64,000 nt of DNA from Alphaproteobacteria bacterium (GCA_016869645.1 VGDO01000005.1:6885-70884), one strand, 5' to 3'; counted from the stretch's first letter, positions 1 through 9,633 are shown. The notes: generated by a model from the letters alone, not told the origin. Translations and numbers: made by a program.

Positions 1-100
1 GCGCTGCCCGCTCGCGACCGAGATCTGTCGCAGGCAGGATCCGGCGTTCCGCGAGCTGAGGCCGCAGCATGCCGTCGCCTGCCATCACGCCGAGGCGTGA
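1..100 (+). CDS. 3' fragment of an ABC transporter ATP-binding protein (oligopeptide/dipeptide type) running off the window start
   Basis: Frame open from the window edge to a TGA at 98-100. The translation ...[32 protein letters not shown] resembles the Cys-rich C-terminal tail of DppD/DppF-type ATPases. Confidence 0.35.
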   Translation, partial: RCPLATEICRRQDPAFRELRPQHAVACHHAEA

Positions 101-129
101 CGGCAGGAGCCGGCGCAGAAAGGCGTGCC

Positions 130-1722
130 TCAGTCGACGAAGTGGGCGTCCTGGAATCCGCTGCCGAGGCCTTCGGCGCCGACGGCGTAGTTTCTTAGGC
201 GGCGATTGGCGATGATGACCTCGTAGGGCGAGATCAGGTTGACCGCGGGTATGTCGTTGTGCACGAGGCGCTGGAAGTCGTTGAACAGCGCCTTGCGCTT
301 GGCGGTGTCGATCTCGACGGCGGCGGCCTCGAGCAGCCGGTCGGCCTCCGGGCTCTCATAGCGTGCCGAGTTCGAGAAGGGCAGGCCGACACGGAAGTTC
401 TTCGACCAGTAGCCACGCTGCACGCCGACGGTCGGATCGAAGACGTTGGTCAGTGATTCCACCGTCATGTCGAAGGCGCGGTCGGTATAGACCGCCTTGA
501 CATAGGCGGCGAACTCCAGGTTCTGCACGACGGCGTCGATGCCGACACGCCGCAGGTTCTGGCGCAGGAAATCGGCAAGACGCAGATCGATGAAGGGGTT
601 GATCAGGAGCCGGAGCTGGAACCGGTTGCCGCCGGTGCCGCGCGGATGGCCGGCCTCGTCGAGCAGGCGGTTGGCGAGCGTCACGTCGAAGGGCCGCGCT
701 TTGACCGTCGGATCGTAGAACGGGGTCAGCGCGACGCTGATCGGCGAGGGCGAGACTGCGGCCTGGCCGTAGAACACCGTCTCGACGATCTGGTTGATGT
801 CGATCGCATGGGCGATCGCCTCGCGGACCTTCTTGTTCTTGAGCACTGGCGTCTCGAGATTGAAGAAGATCTGATGCTGGGCGCCGGTATAGGCGAAGTT
901 CCTGGTGTCGACGACGAGACGCTGGTGGTTCTGATAGCGCGGCAGGTCGGCGAGCGGCACCGGCGCGCTGCCGCCGAGATCGAGATCGCCCGCCTCGAAG
1001 GCGGCTGCACGCGCCGCGGCGTCGGGCATGAAGCGGATGATGACCCGGTCGAGATAGGGCTTCGGCTTGTCCCAATAGTTCGGATTGCGCTCGAGCAGCG
1101 CATGACTGCCGCGCACCCATTCCTTGAGCACGAACGGACCGGTACCGACCAGCAGCGGCGGTCCCGGGGGCGTCGCGACCTCGACGCCCTCGTAGAGATG
1201 CTTGGGCACCATCGGCGATTCCGACGGGCCGAGCGCCACCATCAGGTAGGGTGCCGGCTTCGACAGCACGACGATCGCGGTCAGTGGATCGGGCGTCTGC
1301 ACTTCCGTCACGTTGGCGAAGGTGCCGCGGCCGCGCGGATGCCCGGCCTTCAGACGCAGGATCGAGAAGGCGACATCGGCCGAGGTGAACGGCTTGCCGT
1401 CATGCCAGACGACGCCGTCGCGCAGCTTGAATGTGTAGCGCAATCCGTCGGGCGAGGCGCTCCACGAGGTCGCAAGCTGCGGCTTGGGGTTGAGATCGAA
1501 GTCATAGGTGACGAGGCCATCGAAGATCTTGGCGGAGGTCGTCGGCGTCGACGTGTTGTTGATCGCAGCCAGTGTCGGCGGCTCGTACTTCATGACGAAG
1601 CGCAAGGTGCCGCCGCGCTTCGGCTCCTGGGCGTCGGTCGACGTCGGCGCGACGGCGAGCGCCGTGCCCATGAGAAGCGCAGACGCAATGGCAAGTGAGC
1701 GAAGGCGATGAGCAAGACGCAC
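130..1722 (-). CDS. ABC transporter substrate-binding protein, family 5 (peptide/nickel/opine type)
   Basis: The track ORF 130..2172 has a spurious N-terminal extension. The start was re-called at a GTG (1722) preceded by GGAGG, giving the signal peptide VRLAHRLRSLAIASALLMGTALAVA. The body (KRGGTLRF..., NPNYWD) is typical SBP_bac_5. Confidence 0.85.
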   Translation of the reverse strand: MRLAHRLRSLAIASALLMGTALAVAPTSTDAQEPKRGGTLRFVMKYEPPTLAAINNTSTPTTSAKIFDGLVTYDFDLNPKPQLATSWSASPDGLRYTFKLRDGVVWHDGKPFTSADVAFSILRLKAGHPRGRGTFANVTEVQTPDPLTAIVVLSKPAPYLMVALGPSESPMVPKHLYEGVEVATPPGPPLLVGTGPFVLKEWVRGSHALLERNPNYWDKPKPYLDRVIIRFMPDAAARAAAFEAGDLDLGGSAPVPLADLPRYQNHQRLVVDTRNFAYTGAQHQIFFNLETPVLKNKKVREAIAHAIDINQIVETVFYGQAAVSPSPISVALTPFYDPTVKARPFDVTLANRLLDEAGHPRGTGGNRFQLRLLINPFIDLRLADFLRQNLRRVGIDAVVQNLEFAAYVKAVYTDRAFDMTVESLTNVFDPTVGVQRGYWSKNFRVGLPFSNSARYESPEADRLLEAAAVEIDTAKRKALFNDFQRLVHNDIPAVNLISPYEVIIANRRLRNYAVGAEGLGSGFQDAHFVD

Positions 1723-1831
1723 GGTGGACCTCCCCTGGATTCGCGCTGCGCCGCAGACGGCTTGCCAGACGGGCGCGGAACGCGTCAAGTGTGCAGATTC
1801 TCCGGGCGGCGGGCAAGCCGCGCCGGCGTGG

Positions 1832-2854
1832 CTACGAAACTGCGCCGACACCCGCGAGACCGAGCTCGCTGGCGCGATGGCAGGCGACGAGAGCCCCCTC
1901 GGCCGTCGGCGCGAGCACCGGCACTTCGACCTTGCAGCGCTCGACCGCATAGCGGCAGCGCGGATGAAAGGCGCAGCCGGCCGGCGTGTTCGACGGGTCG
2001 GCCACCTCGCCCTCGAGCACGATGCGCTTGGCGCGCTGGCGCGGATCGGGCACCGGAACAGCCGACAGCAGAGCCTCGGTATAGGGATGCTTGGGCGCAG
2101 CGAAGAGCGTTGCCGTCGGCGCGATCTCGACGATGCGCCCGACATACATGACCGCGACCCGATGGCTGACATGCTTCACGACCGAGAGGTCGTGCGCAAC
2201 GAACAGGTAGGAAAGGCCCAAACGGTCCTGCAGCTCGAGCATCAGGTTGATGATCTGCGCCTGGACCGAGACATCGAGGGCTGAAACCGGCTCGTCGGCG
2301 ACGATCAGGGCCGGGTTGAGCGCGAGCGCGCGCGCAATGCCGATGCGTTGGCGCTGCCCGCCCGAAAAGGCATGGGGGAACCGGTTCATGTAGGCGCGCG
2401 GCAGCTGCACGACGTCGAGCAGCTCGGCGATGCGCTGGCGCCGTGTCGCGAGATCGCCTATGCGATTGACCAGCAGCGGCTCGCCGATGATGTCGGAGAT
2501 CGTCATGCGCGGATTGAGCGAGGAATAGGGATCCTGAAAGATCATCTGCATCTGGCGGCGCAGCGGCCGGAGCTCCGAGCGCGCCAGGCTTGCGACATCG
2601 ACGTCGCGGTCCGCATCGGTGCGAAAGCGGATCACGCCCTCGGTCGGCTGCATCGCCCTGAGTATGCAGCGCGAGGTCGTGGTCTTGCCGCAGCCGGATT
2701 CGCCGACCAGCGACAGAGTCTCGCCGCGCGCAATGGTGAACGACACGTCGTCCACTGCCTTGACATGGCCGACGATGCGCCGCAGCAGGCCGCGGCGAAT
2801 CGGGAAATACTTCTTCAGCCGTTCGACCGAGAGGACGTTGTGCGCCGCAGTCAT
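1832..2854 (-). CDS. ABC transporter ATP-binding protein (DppF/OppF-like)
   Basis: Walker [10 protein letters not shown], signature LSGGQRQR, Walker B IVADEP, and a C-terminal oligopeptide-ABC tail (HPYT...CAFHPRC). Confidence 0.9.
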   Translation of the reverse strand: MTAAHNVLSVERLKKYFPIRRGLLRRIVGHVKAVDDVSFTIARGETLSLVGESGCGKTTTSRCILRAMQPTEGVIRFRTDADRDVDVASLARSELRPLRRQMQMIFQDPYSSLNPRMTISDIIGEPLLVNRIGDLATRRQRIAELLDVVQLPRAYMNRFPHAFSGGQRQRIGIARALALNPALIVADEPVSALDVSVQAQIINLMLELQDRLGLSYLFVAHDLSVVKHVSHRVAVMYVGRIVEIAPTATLFAAPKHPYTEALLSAVPVPDPRQRAKRIVLEGEVADPSNTPAGCAFHPRCRYAVERCKVEVPVLAPTAEGALVACHRASELGLAGVGAVS

Positions 2855-2864
2855 GGGGCCGCCA

Positions 2865-3878
2865 TCAAGCCGCCGTCTCGGTCGCCGCGCCGTAGAGGAA
2901 GCAGCGCACCTCGTGTGCGGCGTCGATGCGGTTCACCGGCGGCGTCGACTTGTCGCAGACGCCCGCCATGAAGCTGTGGCAGCGCGGGTAGTAAGGACAG
3001 CCCGGCGGCCGCGCATAGGGATGGGGAATGCTGCCGGCGATCGTGGCAAGCCGCGAGCGCGGCGCAGCCAGCACCGACGGGATCGAGCGCAGCAGGGCCT
3101 GCGTATAGGGATGCCGCGGCGCGTGAAAGATGGCATCGACCGGCCCCGATTCCACGATCTTGCCGAGATACATGACGGCGACCGAATCGGCCATCTCGGC
3201 GATGACGCCCATGTCGTGGGTGATCAGGATGACGGCAAGGTGACGCTCGGCCTGGAGCCGCCTGATGAGCTCGAGGATCTGGGCTTGCGTCGTTACGTCG
3301 AGCGCCGTGGTCGGCTCGTCGGCGATCAGGATGCCGGGCTCCGCGGCGAGCGCCAACGCGATCATGACGCGCTGGCGCAGGCCGCCTGAAAGTTCGAAGG
3401 AATAGGAATCGACGCGCTGCTGGGGCTGGGGAATGCCGACGAGCTGCAAGAGCTCGATGGCCCTCTCCCGCGCCTCCTTCGCCGTCAGCTTGCGATGGAG
3501 CCTGATCGCCTCGATGATCTGGTTGCCGACCGTGTGAAAAGCCGACAGCGAGCTCATCGGCTCCTGGAAGATATAGCCGATCGCGCCGCCCCGGATGTTG
3601 CGCATTTCCTGGCTCTTATCGTCGAGCTTGGCGAGATCGACGACGCGCCCATCGGCGCGGCGCAGCAGGATCTCGCCGCCTTCGACCCGGCCGGGCCGCT
3701 CGACGATGCGCAGGATCGAGCGCGCGGTCACGCTCTTGCCGCAGCCTGACTCGCCCACGATCCCGAGCGTACGGCCGGCATGGAGGTCGAATGACGCGCC
3801 GTCGACCGCGCGCACCACGCCCTCCTCGGGACGAAAATAGGTCACGAGATCGCGGACCGACAGGATCGGCTCAACCAT
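2865..3878 (-). CDS. ABC transporter ATP-binding protein (DppD/OppD-like)
   Basis: [30 protein letters not shown] and the HPYT...CPYYPRC tail. It overlaps the upstream permease stop by 8 nt. Confidence 0.9.
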   Translation of the reverse strand: MVEPILSVRDLVTYFRPEEGVVRAVDGASFDLHAGRTLGIVGESGCGKSVTARSILRIVERPGRVEGGEILLRRADGRVVDLAKLDDKSQEMRNIRGGAIGYIFQEPMSSLSAFHTVGNQIIEAIRLHRKLTAKEARERAIELLQLVGIPQPQQRVDSYSFELSGGLRQRVMIALALAAEPGILIADEPTTALDVTTQAQILELIRRLQAERHLAVILITHDMGVIAEMADSVAVMYLGKIVESGPVDAIFHAPRHPYTQALLRSIPSVLAAPRSRLATIAGSIPHPYARPPGCPYYPRCHSFMAGVCDKSTPPVNRIDAAHEVRCFLYGAATETAA

Positions 3879-5007
3879 AGGGATCGGCCGCGTCGCGCAG
3901 CCCGTCGCCCAGGAAGTTGAAGGCCAGGATGACGACGATCACCGGTACGGCGACGACGAGCAGCCATGGCGCCAATGCCAGCGCCTGGATGTCCTGCGCA
4001 TCCTGCAGCAGCACACCCCAGGAGATCGCCGGCGGCCGGAGGCCGAGACCGAGGAAGGACAGGGTCGTCTCGCTGATGATCATGGCCGGCAGCGCCAGGC
4101 TGATCGCGGCGATGATGTGCGACATGAAGGAGGGCACCATGTGCCGGAAGATGATGCGGAGCCGCGACGCGCCGGCGAGCTCCGCTGCGGTCACGAAATC
4201 CTCCTCGCGCAGCGCAAGGAAGCGGCCGCGCACCACGCGGGCGAGCTCGGTCCAGCCAATCAGCGAGATGATCACCGTGATCGCCATATAGACCTGGATC
4301 ACCGACCAGTCGTTGGGCAGCGCGGCGGCGAGGCCCATCCAGAGCGGAATGGTCGGGATCGAGCGCAACACCTCGATGATGCGCTGGATCACCGTGTCGA
4401 TCGCGCCGCCATAGAGACCGGAGATGCCGCCGAGCAGCACGCCGAGAAACAGCGAAAGCGCCACTCCAACCAACCCGATCGTCAGCGAGGTGCGCGTCGC
4501 CAGCATGAGGCGCGACCACACGTCGCGGCCGAGCTGATCCGTGCCGAGCAAGAACAACGCGTCCTCCGGCACGCCGCGATCGATGCCGAGCAGGTGACGC
4601 TTCGTCGCGATCAGGCCGAACAGCTCGTAGCCGTAGCCCTCGACGAACCAGGCGAGATAGCGCTTGTCCGACGGATCGGGCGCATAGACGAGCTTGAAGG
4701 TCCGCATGTCGCGCCGACCCTTGAGCGCGTAGACATGGGGCTTGAAGCTGCCATCCTCGTCGAACCAGTGGATCGTCTGCGGCGGGATGTAGCTGCGCGC
4801 AGAGTTGGTCGCGTGCGGCGACGTGATGGCGAGGAAGTCGGCGAACACCGCCACGAGATAGAAGAGGATGACGAGCACGCCGCTCGCGACGGCGAGCCGG
4901 TGCCGCCGCAGCCGCCACCAGGTGAGCTGAAGCTGGCTCGCGATCGCGATTTTCTCTTCGGCCGCCGTGACGAGCGGGACGGCCTGGTCGGCAACCGCGC
5001 CGCTCAT
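3871..5007 (-). CDS. ABC transporter permease (DppC/OppC-like, with N-terminal extension)
   Basis: The track ORF 3871..5778 is over-extended. The start was re-called at ATG 5007, which forms an ATGA overlap with the upstream permease stop. The BPD-transporter motif (EAA-like loop ...AAELAGASRLRIIFRHMVP) is present. Confidence 0.85.
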   Translation of the reverse strand: MSGAVADQAVPLVTAAEEKIAIASQLQLTWWRLRRHRLAVASGVLVILFYLVAVFADFLAITSPHATNSARSYIPPQTIHWFDEDGSFKPHVYALKGRRDMRTFKLVYAPDPSDKRYLAWFVEGYGYELFGLIATKRHLLGIDRGVPEDALFLLGTDQLGRDVWSRLMLATRTSLTIGLVGVALSLFLGVLLGGISGLYGGAIDTVIQRIIEVLRSIPTIPLWMGLAAALPNDWSVIQVYMAITVIISLIGWTELARVVRGRFLALREEDFVTAAELAGASRLRIIFRHMVPSFMSHIIAAISLALPAMIISETTLSFLGLGLRPPAISWGVLLQDAQDIQALALAPWLLVVAVPVIVVILAFNFLGDGLRDAADPYG

Positions 5008-5996
5008 TCGTGCATGCCCGCGCGGATGCGCGGGTCGATCCACATGAGAATCAGGTCGGATATGAACGTGCCGATCACGGTCAATATGCCGAGCAGAAGC
5101 ACGATCGTGCCTGCCAGGAACATGTCCTGGGCGAGCAGCGCGCGCAGCAGCAGCGGGCCGACCGTCGGCAGCGACAGCACGAGCGAGATGACGATCGAGC
5201 CGGAGACGACGAAGGGCAGCAGGTAGCCGATCGTGCTGGCGAAGGGGTTGAGCGCGGCGCGCACCGGGTACTTCATGACCGCCCGCCACTCGACGAGGCC
5301 GCGCGCACGCGCGGTCGTGACATAGGGCCGGCGCAGCTCGTCCAGCAGATTGGCGCGCATGATGCGGATGAGCTGCGCCGTGCCGGCCAGCGCCAGGATG
5401 ACGGCGGGCAGCGGCAGATGCTTCATCAGATCCCAGACCTTGCCCCAGGACCAGGGCGCCAGCTGGTAGTCGGACGAGAACAAGCCGCCGATGTTGAGAT
5501 CGAACAGCTTGAAGCCGAAATACATGATGATCAGCGCCAGCAGGAAGTTCGGCACCGCGATGCCGACGAAGCCGACGAAGGTGAAGATGTAGTCGGCGAA
5601 CGAGTACTGGCGCACGGCCGAGTAGATGCCGATCGGCAGCGCGATACCCCAGGTGATGATGATCGCCGCGAACGAGATCACGATGGTCATCCACAGCCGG
5701 TCGCCGATCACTTCGGTCACCGGCCGGTTCCATTCCATCGAGGCGCCGAAATCGCCCTGCACGACCCTGATGATCCACTTGCCGTACTGAACCCAGACAG
5801 GCTGGTCGAGCCCGTAAAGCTGTCGCAACGCCTGGGCCTCCTCGAAGCGGACGACCGACCCCGAGGCGGAAAGCTGCACGATATAGGCGTCGACGAAGTC
5901 GCCGGGCGGGAGCTGGATGATGACGAAGGTAACGACCGAGATCGCCCAGATGGTGAGGAGGGCGAGAATGAGGCGCCGGACGATGTAGGCGATCAT
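5004..5996 (-). CDS. ABC transporter permease (DppB/OppB-like)
   Basis: MIAYIVRRLILALLTIW... with six TM segments, which is the typical DppB architecture. Confidence 0.9.
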   Translation of the reverse strand: MIAYIVRRLILALLTIWAISVVTFVIIQLPPGDFVDAYIVQLSASGSVVRFEEAQALRQLYGLDQPVWVQYGKWIIRVVQGDFGASMEWNRPVTEVIGDRLWMTIVISFAAIIITWGIALPIGIYSAVRQYSFADYIFTFVGFVGIAVPNFLLALIIMYFGFKLFDLNIGGLFSSDYQLAPWSWGKVWDLMKHLPLPAVILALAGTAQLIRIMRANLLDELRRPYVTTARARGLVEWRAVMKYPVRAALNPFASTIGYLLPFVVSGSIVISLVLSLPTVGPLLLRALLAQDMFLAGTIVLLLGILTVIGTFISDLILMWIDPRIRAGMHE

Positions 5997-6054
5997 GCCG
6001 GCTCAGCCCCCAATTGTCGGGGGCTGAGCGGCATGTGCAGAGAGCAGTTCAGGG

Positions 6055-8115
6055 TCAATTCTTGTAGTACCAGGTCTCCGGATGCGCGCCGCCCGGCGTG
6101 CGGCAGTGCTGGGCGATGCAATTGCGCGACGGGACGTTGCCGAGCCGCTCGCTGACCAGCCTCACGCCCATCAGAGCCGGCGACTGGCCGACGGTTCCGA
6201 TCGCGTACTGCTGATCGATCAGGATCTTCCAGATCTCCTGCGCGGTCTTGACACGATCATCGGACTTCTGGCCGGCGGCGGACTGGTAGAGCTCGAAGAT
6301 CTTCATGATGTTCGGATCGTCGGGCTTCTTGCCCTGCGTGCCGCCCGAATTGAACCACTTGGCGTGCTCCGGACCCATGAACGCCTCGGTGGGATCGACC
6401 GGAATGGCGTGACGCGGGAAGAGATAAAGCAGCTCGGTCCCGCCATTGTTCCACACCATGATGTGGTGCTCGTTGTTCTGGGTCCGCGTGAAGGCGAGAT
6501 TGCGCTCAGTGTCCCGCACGTCGGCCTGGATGCCGACCTTGGCCCATTGATCGGCGACCATCTCGCTGATCTTGGGCCAGGGCAGGAAGGCTTGAACCGC
6601 CTGGACCTGCAGGCGCAGGCGCTGGCCGTTGTCGGTGCGCACGCGGAAGCCCTGGGCGTCCTTCTTGGCGAGCCCGATCGCATCGAGCATCTCGTTGGCC
6701 TTCTTCTGATCGAAAGTCGACCACTTCTCGCGCCAGCCGGGGCCCGGGAAGTAGGGCAGTGCCTCGCCCGGCGCCGTCGAGCCAGGGGTGGCGACGCCGA
6801 GCCAGAAGGTCTCGTTGAGCTGCTTGCGATCGACCGCGAGCGACAGCGCGCGCCGGAAGTCGGCGTTGCGCAGCCATTTCGCGATCTCGGGATCGGCCTC
6901 GAAGCTCTGGTTGAAATGATAGATCGCGTCGGTGCCGTTGAGCGCCAGGTCGAGATGGACCTTGTACTTGCCGCGCGTCTGGTTCTCCAGGATGACCGGC
7001 AGCTTGCCGATGTCGATGTGGCGCTCCTGCAGGTCGTACTCGCCGGCCATGGCGCGCAGGTTGAGAACCTCGAGGTTCTCCGCGAGCGTCATGGTGACGC
7101 GATCGAGATAGGGCAGCTGGTTGCCCGCCGGGTCGACGACCCAGTAGAACGGGTTGCGCTCCATGACCCAGATCGCGTTGTTGATCGGCTGGACCGTGCG
7201 CCACGGCCCGAGCACGGGAAGCGCCGGGTTGAGCGTCCAGTCCTTCTTGGCATGGAAGCGCGTCAGCCAGGTGTCGAAACCCTCCGCCTTGGCCGCGGCA
7301 TTGGCGGCCTCGACGCCGCCGGCATATTTCGGCAGGAACTGCTTGAGATAGTGCGCCGGCGCATAGGCGCCATGGCTGCGCTTGTTCGACTGCCGCACCG
7401 CCTGGCCGCCGCCGATGAGGGTGTCGCCCGCCATCAGGTCTTCGAACAGGTAGAAGGGCACGTCGAACACGAAATTGACCGTGTAGTCGTCGACCTTGAC
7501 GATCCGGCCCGGCTTGCCCTGCGGGGTCATATCGGGAATGCCCTGGGGCAGGATGTCCTTGTTCGAGTAGATGTCCTCGAACCAGAAGACGAAGTCGTTG
7601 GCCGTCATCGGCGCACCGTCCGACCATTTCAGGCCCTTGCGCAGAAAGAGCGTGAAGGTCTTGCCGTCGTCACTCATCTTCCACGCCTTGGCGAGCGACG
7701 GGTTTGGCTTGGCGCCGGTGTGATCGACGAGGAGCGGACGGTCGGAGGCGTTCAGGCGATTGCCGTTCTCGTCGTCGCCCGGGCCGGTGAAGCCGCGCCG
7801 CCACGTGCCGCCGTACTTGCCGATCTCGCGCACCGGCTTGATGACCATCAGATCCTCGGGCAGGCGATCCTTGACCGGCGGCAGCTTGCCTTGCTTCACG
7901 AGTTCGGCCAGCTGCGGCGCCTCGTTGAAGGTCTTCGGCCACTGTGCCGGGTCGGTGATGATGGTGATGCCCTCGGGCTGGCCGACCAGCCCCGACTGGC
8001 TGAGCGAACTCTGAGCCAGGGTTTCGGGCGCCGACGCAATACCGAAGACGAGCGCGGTGCCCAGCAGCAACCGGGCCAGCATGCTTCGCCCGAGTGTCAC
8101 AGTGCCGAGATTCAT
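6055..8115 (-). CDS. ABC transporter substrate-binding protein, family 5 (large, ~686 aa)
   Basis: Start re-called at ATG 8115 (GGGAGG RBS), giving the signal peptide MNLGTVTLGRSMLARLLLGTALVFGIASA. The body shows SBP_bac_5 homology. It lies upstream of permB on the same strand, so this operon is flanked by two SBP genes. Confidence 0.85.
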   Translation of the reverse strand: MNLGTVTLGRSMLARLLLGTALVFGIASAPETLAQSSLSQSGLVGQPEGITIITDPAQWPKTFNEAPQLAELVKQGKLPPVKDRLPEDLMVIKPVREIGKYGGTWRRGFTGPGDDENGNRLNASDRPLLVDHTGAKPNPSLAKAWKMSDDGKTFTLFLRKGLKWSDGAPMTANDFVFWFEDIYSNKDILPQGIPDMTPQGKPGRIVKVDDYTVNFVFDVPFYLFEDLMAGDTLIGGGQAVRQSNKRSHGAYAPAHYLKQFLPKYAGGVEAANAAAKAEGFDTWLTRFHAKKDWTLNPALPVLGPWRTVQPINNAIWVMERNPFYWVVDPAGNQLPYLDRVTMTLAENLEVLNLRAMAGEYDLQERHIDIGKLPVILENQTRGKYKVHLDLALNGTDAIYHFNQSFEADPEIAKWLRNADFRRALSLAVDRKQLNETFWLGVATPGSTAPGEALPYFPGPGWREKWSTFDQKKANEMLDAIGLAKKDAQGFRVRTDNGQRLRLQVQAVQAFLPWPKISEMVADQWAKVGIQADVRDTERNLAFTRTQNNEHHIMVWNNGGTELLYLFPRHAIPVDPTEAFMGPEHAKWFNSGGTQGKKPDDPNIMKIFELYQSAAGQKSDDRVKTAQEIWKILIDQQYAIGTVGQSPALMGVRLVSERLGNVPSRNCIAQHCRTPGGAHPETWYYKN

Positions 8116-8328
8116 GATGCCTCCCTTTCCACCGGATTGGCGATGCGTCCGGCGTTCTTGCTGCATTAGAGCACATGTTCGGCAGACGGGGTCAACCCCA
8201 GGCAAATGTGCTGATTGTTGGCAAATCGACGACGAAACCTGCCGTGCCGGCGCCGCAACGACAAGCGTTCGGAATCGGCAACTTCGACTTGCTGGCTATC
8301 TGATCTTGCAATGGGTTGCTGACGCGCG

Positions 8329-8652
8329 TCAGCGGAGCAATCGATGCTGAAGGAGGGTGCGGATATCCCTTCTTCCGTCCAGGACGCAGTAGATGAGAAC
8401 GCGCCGACCGTCTATCCGGTAGACAATTCGGCAGGGCTTCCAGTGGATCTCCCGGTAGTCCGAGATCCCGATTCGTGCCAGTTCCTTCGGCACGTTGCCA
8501 CGATCGGGAAAGATCGAGAGCTTTCGGCAGGTCCTCTCGAGGTTAGCCAAGATATGCGCGGCTCGATCGATGGCGTCATACGCGGCGACATGCCGGCAGA
8601 TGTCCTCGATATCTCGCTCGGCATCATCGGTCATCAAGACCTGAAATGCCAT
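8329..8652 (-). CDS. Type II toxin, RelE/ParE family
   Basis: 107 aa beginning MAFQVLMTDDAERDIEDICRHVAAYD and ending ...YRIDGRRVLIYCVLDGRRDIRTL. This is the ParE-like pattern. It sits 9 nt downstream of the antitoxin gene on the same strand, in a low-GC segment. Confidence 0.75.
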   Translation of the reverse strand: MAFQVLMTDDAERDIEDICRHVAAYDAIDRAAHILANLERTCRKLSIFPDRGNVPKELARIGISDYREIHWKPCRIVYRIDGRRVLIYCVLDGRRDIRTLLQHRLLR

Positions 8653-8661
8653 GACTTGGGA

Positions 8662-8934
8662 TCAGGGTTTGATGCGGCCGCGAATGCGTGCAAACGCCGC
8701 TCGTGCCGGACCCAGCCTGCCCGTGATGACGCTCTGGTTGCCGAGCGCTAGGATCTTCAGCAGTGCCAGAGTTTCCTGTTCCTGCTCAAAGCTGGCGATG
8801 TCCTGCAACACGGCCTTCGCTTCGCCGCGGACGGTGAGAATGACTGGCTCGCCATGCTCATCGAGTCCGCGAATGACCTCCGGAGCGTGAGCCTTGAGAT
8901 AGCTGATTGGCTTGACCTTGCCGGCGAGCTTCAT
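8662..8934 (-). CDS. Type II antitoxin, Phd/YefM family
   Basis: 90 aa beginning MKLAGKVKPISYLKAHAPEVIRGLDEHGEPVILTVRGEAKAVLQDI, which is the Phd/YefM fold signature. It lies immediately upstream of the ParE-like gene. Confidence 0.75.
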   Translation of the reverse strand: MKLAGKVKPISYLKAHAPEVIRGLDEHGEPVILTVRGEAKAVLQDIASFEQEQETLALLKILALGNQSVITGRLGPARAAFARIRGRIKP

Positions 8935-8999
8935 TGCCGACCTCCTTGCTGATCGGACCTATTTTAGTCCGGATTCAGTCCGATGGGAAGCTTCCCGGG

Positions 9000-9578
9000 T
9001 CACGCCGGCCGGGACTGAGTCCCATGTGCGATGTGCTCGAACGATTTCCTGCATTCGTCAACAACCGAGTCGAGCCACTGAACATACTTTCCACAAGCAG
9101 TCACGATGTCCTGACCGGCAAGCTCTTCGATCTCTGAAAAGACCCCTTTGACGGTGCATAGGGCGATCACGCGCCTCTCCTTTAGCATTGCCCTGTTCGC
9201 CTCGGTGCCATCAATTGGAACGATTTCGACTTTGCCTGGCGCGTCAGTTAGAAGCACAGCCGCAATGTTTGGATTTGATGGAGGAATTTCGATTGTCGCT
9301 CGAGCTTGCGCCGATACTGTGCCGCGCTTCTGAGATCGATTCCTGGCGTCAGTCATTGCGCCGAGAATCGGTTCGATCTCTGCGGTTGGCGCTTTGCTGT
9401 CGTACCATTCGTTCCAGCCCGCGACATCGGCGTATTCCGCCTTCATTACCCAGGTCACGCTTCTTGCCGAGCTGATGAAGGCGTTGAGGTAGTAGTCGAA
9501 CTCAGGAAACTTTGGACGTGCTTCCAGGTGGCGAAGGAAAAATCGCGCCTCCTCAAGCTTGCTTTCCGTCAATGTCAT
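9000..9578 (-). CDS. Hypothetical protein (192 aa), orphan gene in the low-GC islet
   Basis: Clean ORF with AT-richer codon usage (~53% GC against ~67% in flanking DNA). It runs the same way as the TA pair, 65 nt upstream of it. No family was recognised. An R-x4-H motif (RFFLRH) occurs at residues 12-17. Confidence 0.55.
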   Translation of the reverse strand: MTLTESKLEEARFFLRHLEARPKFPEFDYYLNAFISSARSVTWVMKAEYADVAGWNEWYDSKAPTAEIEPILGAMTDARNRSQKRGTVSAQARATIEIPPSNPNIAAVLLTDAPGKVEIVPIDGTEANRAMLKERRVIALCTVKGVFSEIEELAGQDIVTACGKYVQWLDSVVDECRKSFEHIAHGTQSRPA

Positions 9579-9633
9579 CTTTCACCATGAGATTGTGCAG
9601 CACCAATCATTCTTGCCAACGCCCTCGGGGTAG

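Noticed and set aside
130-2172. 680-aa version of the first SBP, and similarly over-long track ORFs at 3871..5778, 13001..14656, 16266..17696, 17222..19033, 19055..20191, 24404..25792, 30452..32125, 36481..37683, 38823..40508, 52268..53896, 60156..61460 and 61664..63019
   Set aside because: Their N-terminal portions run through the upstream gene in another frame and translate to Arg/Pro-rich nonsense. Starts were re-called at internal ATG or GTG codons supported by signal peptides, RBSs or start/stop overlaps.
6082-8169. 695-aa ORF on the + strand
   Set aside because: It is antisense to the well-supported SBP gene 6055..8115. It is Arg/Gly/Asp-rich with low complexity and no recognisable domain, which is typical of a high-GC antisense artefact.
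9148-9590. Several 60-95-aa + strand ORFs inside the low-GC islet
   Set aside because: They are all antisense to the 192-aa minus-strand ORF. They have no RBS and no homology, and they cannot coexist with the much longer coherent frame on the other strand.
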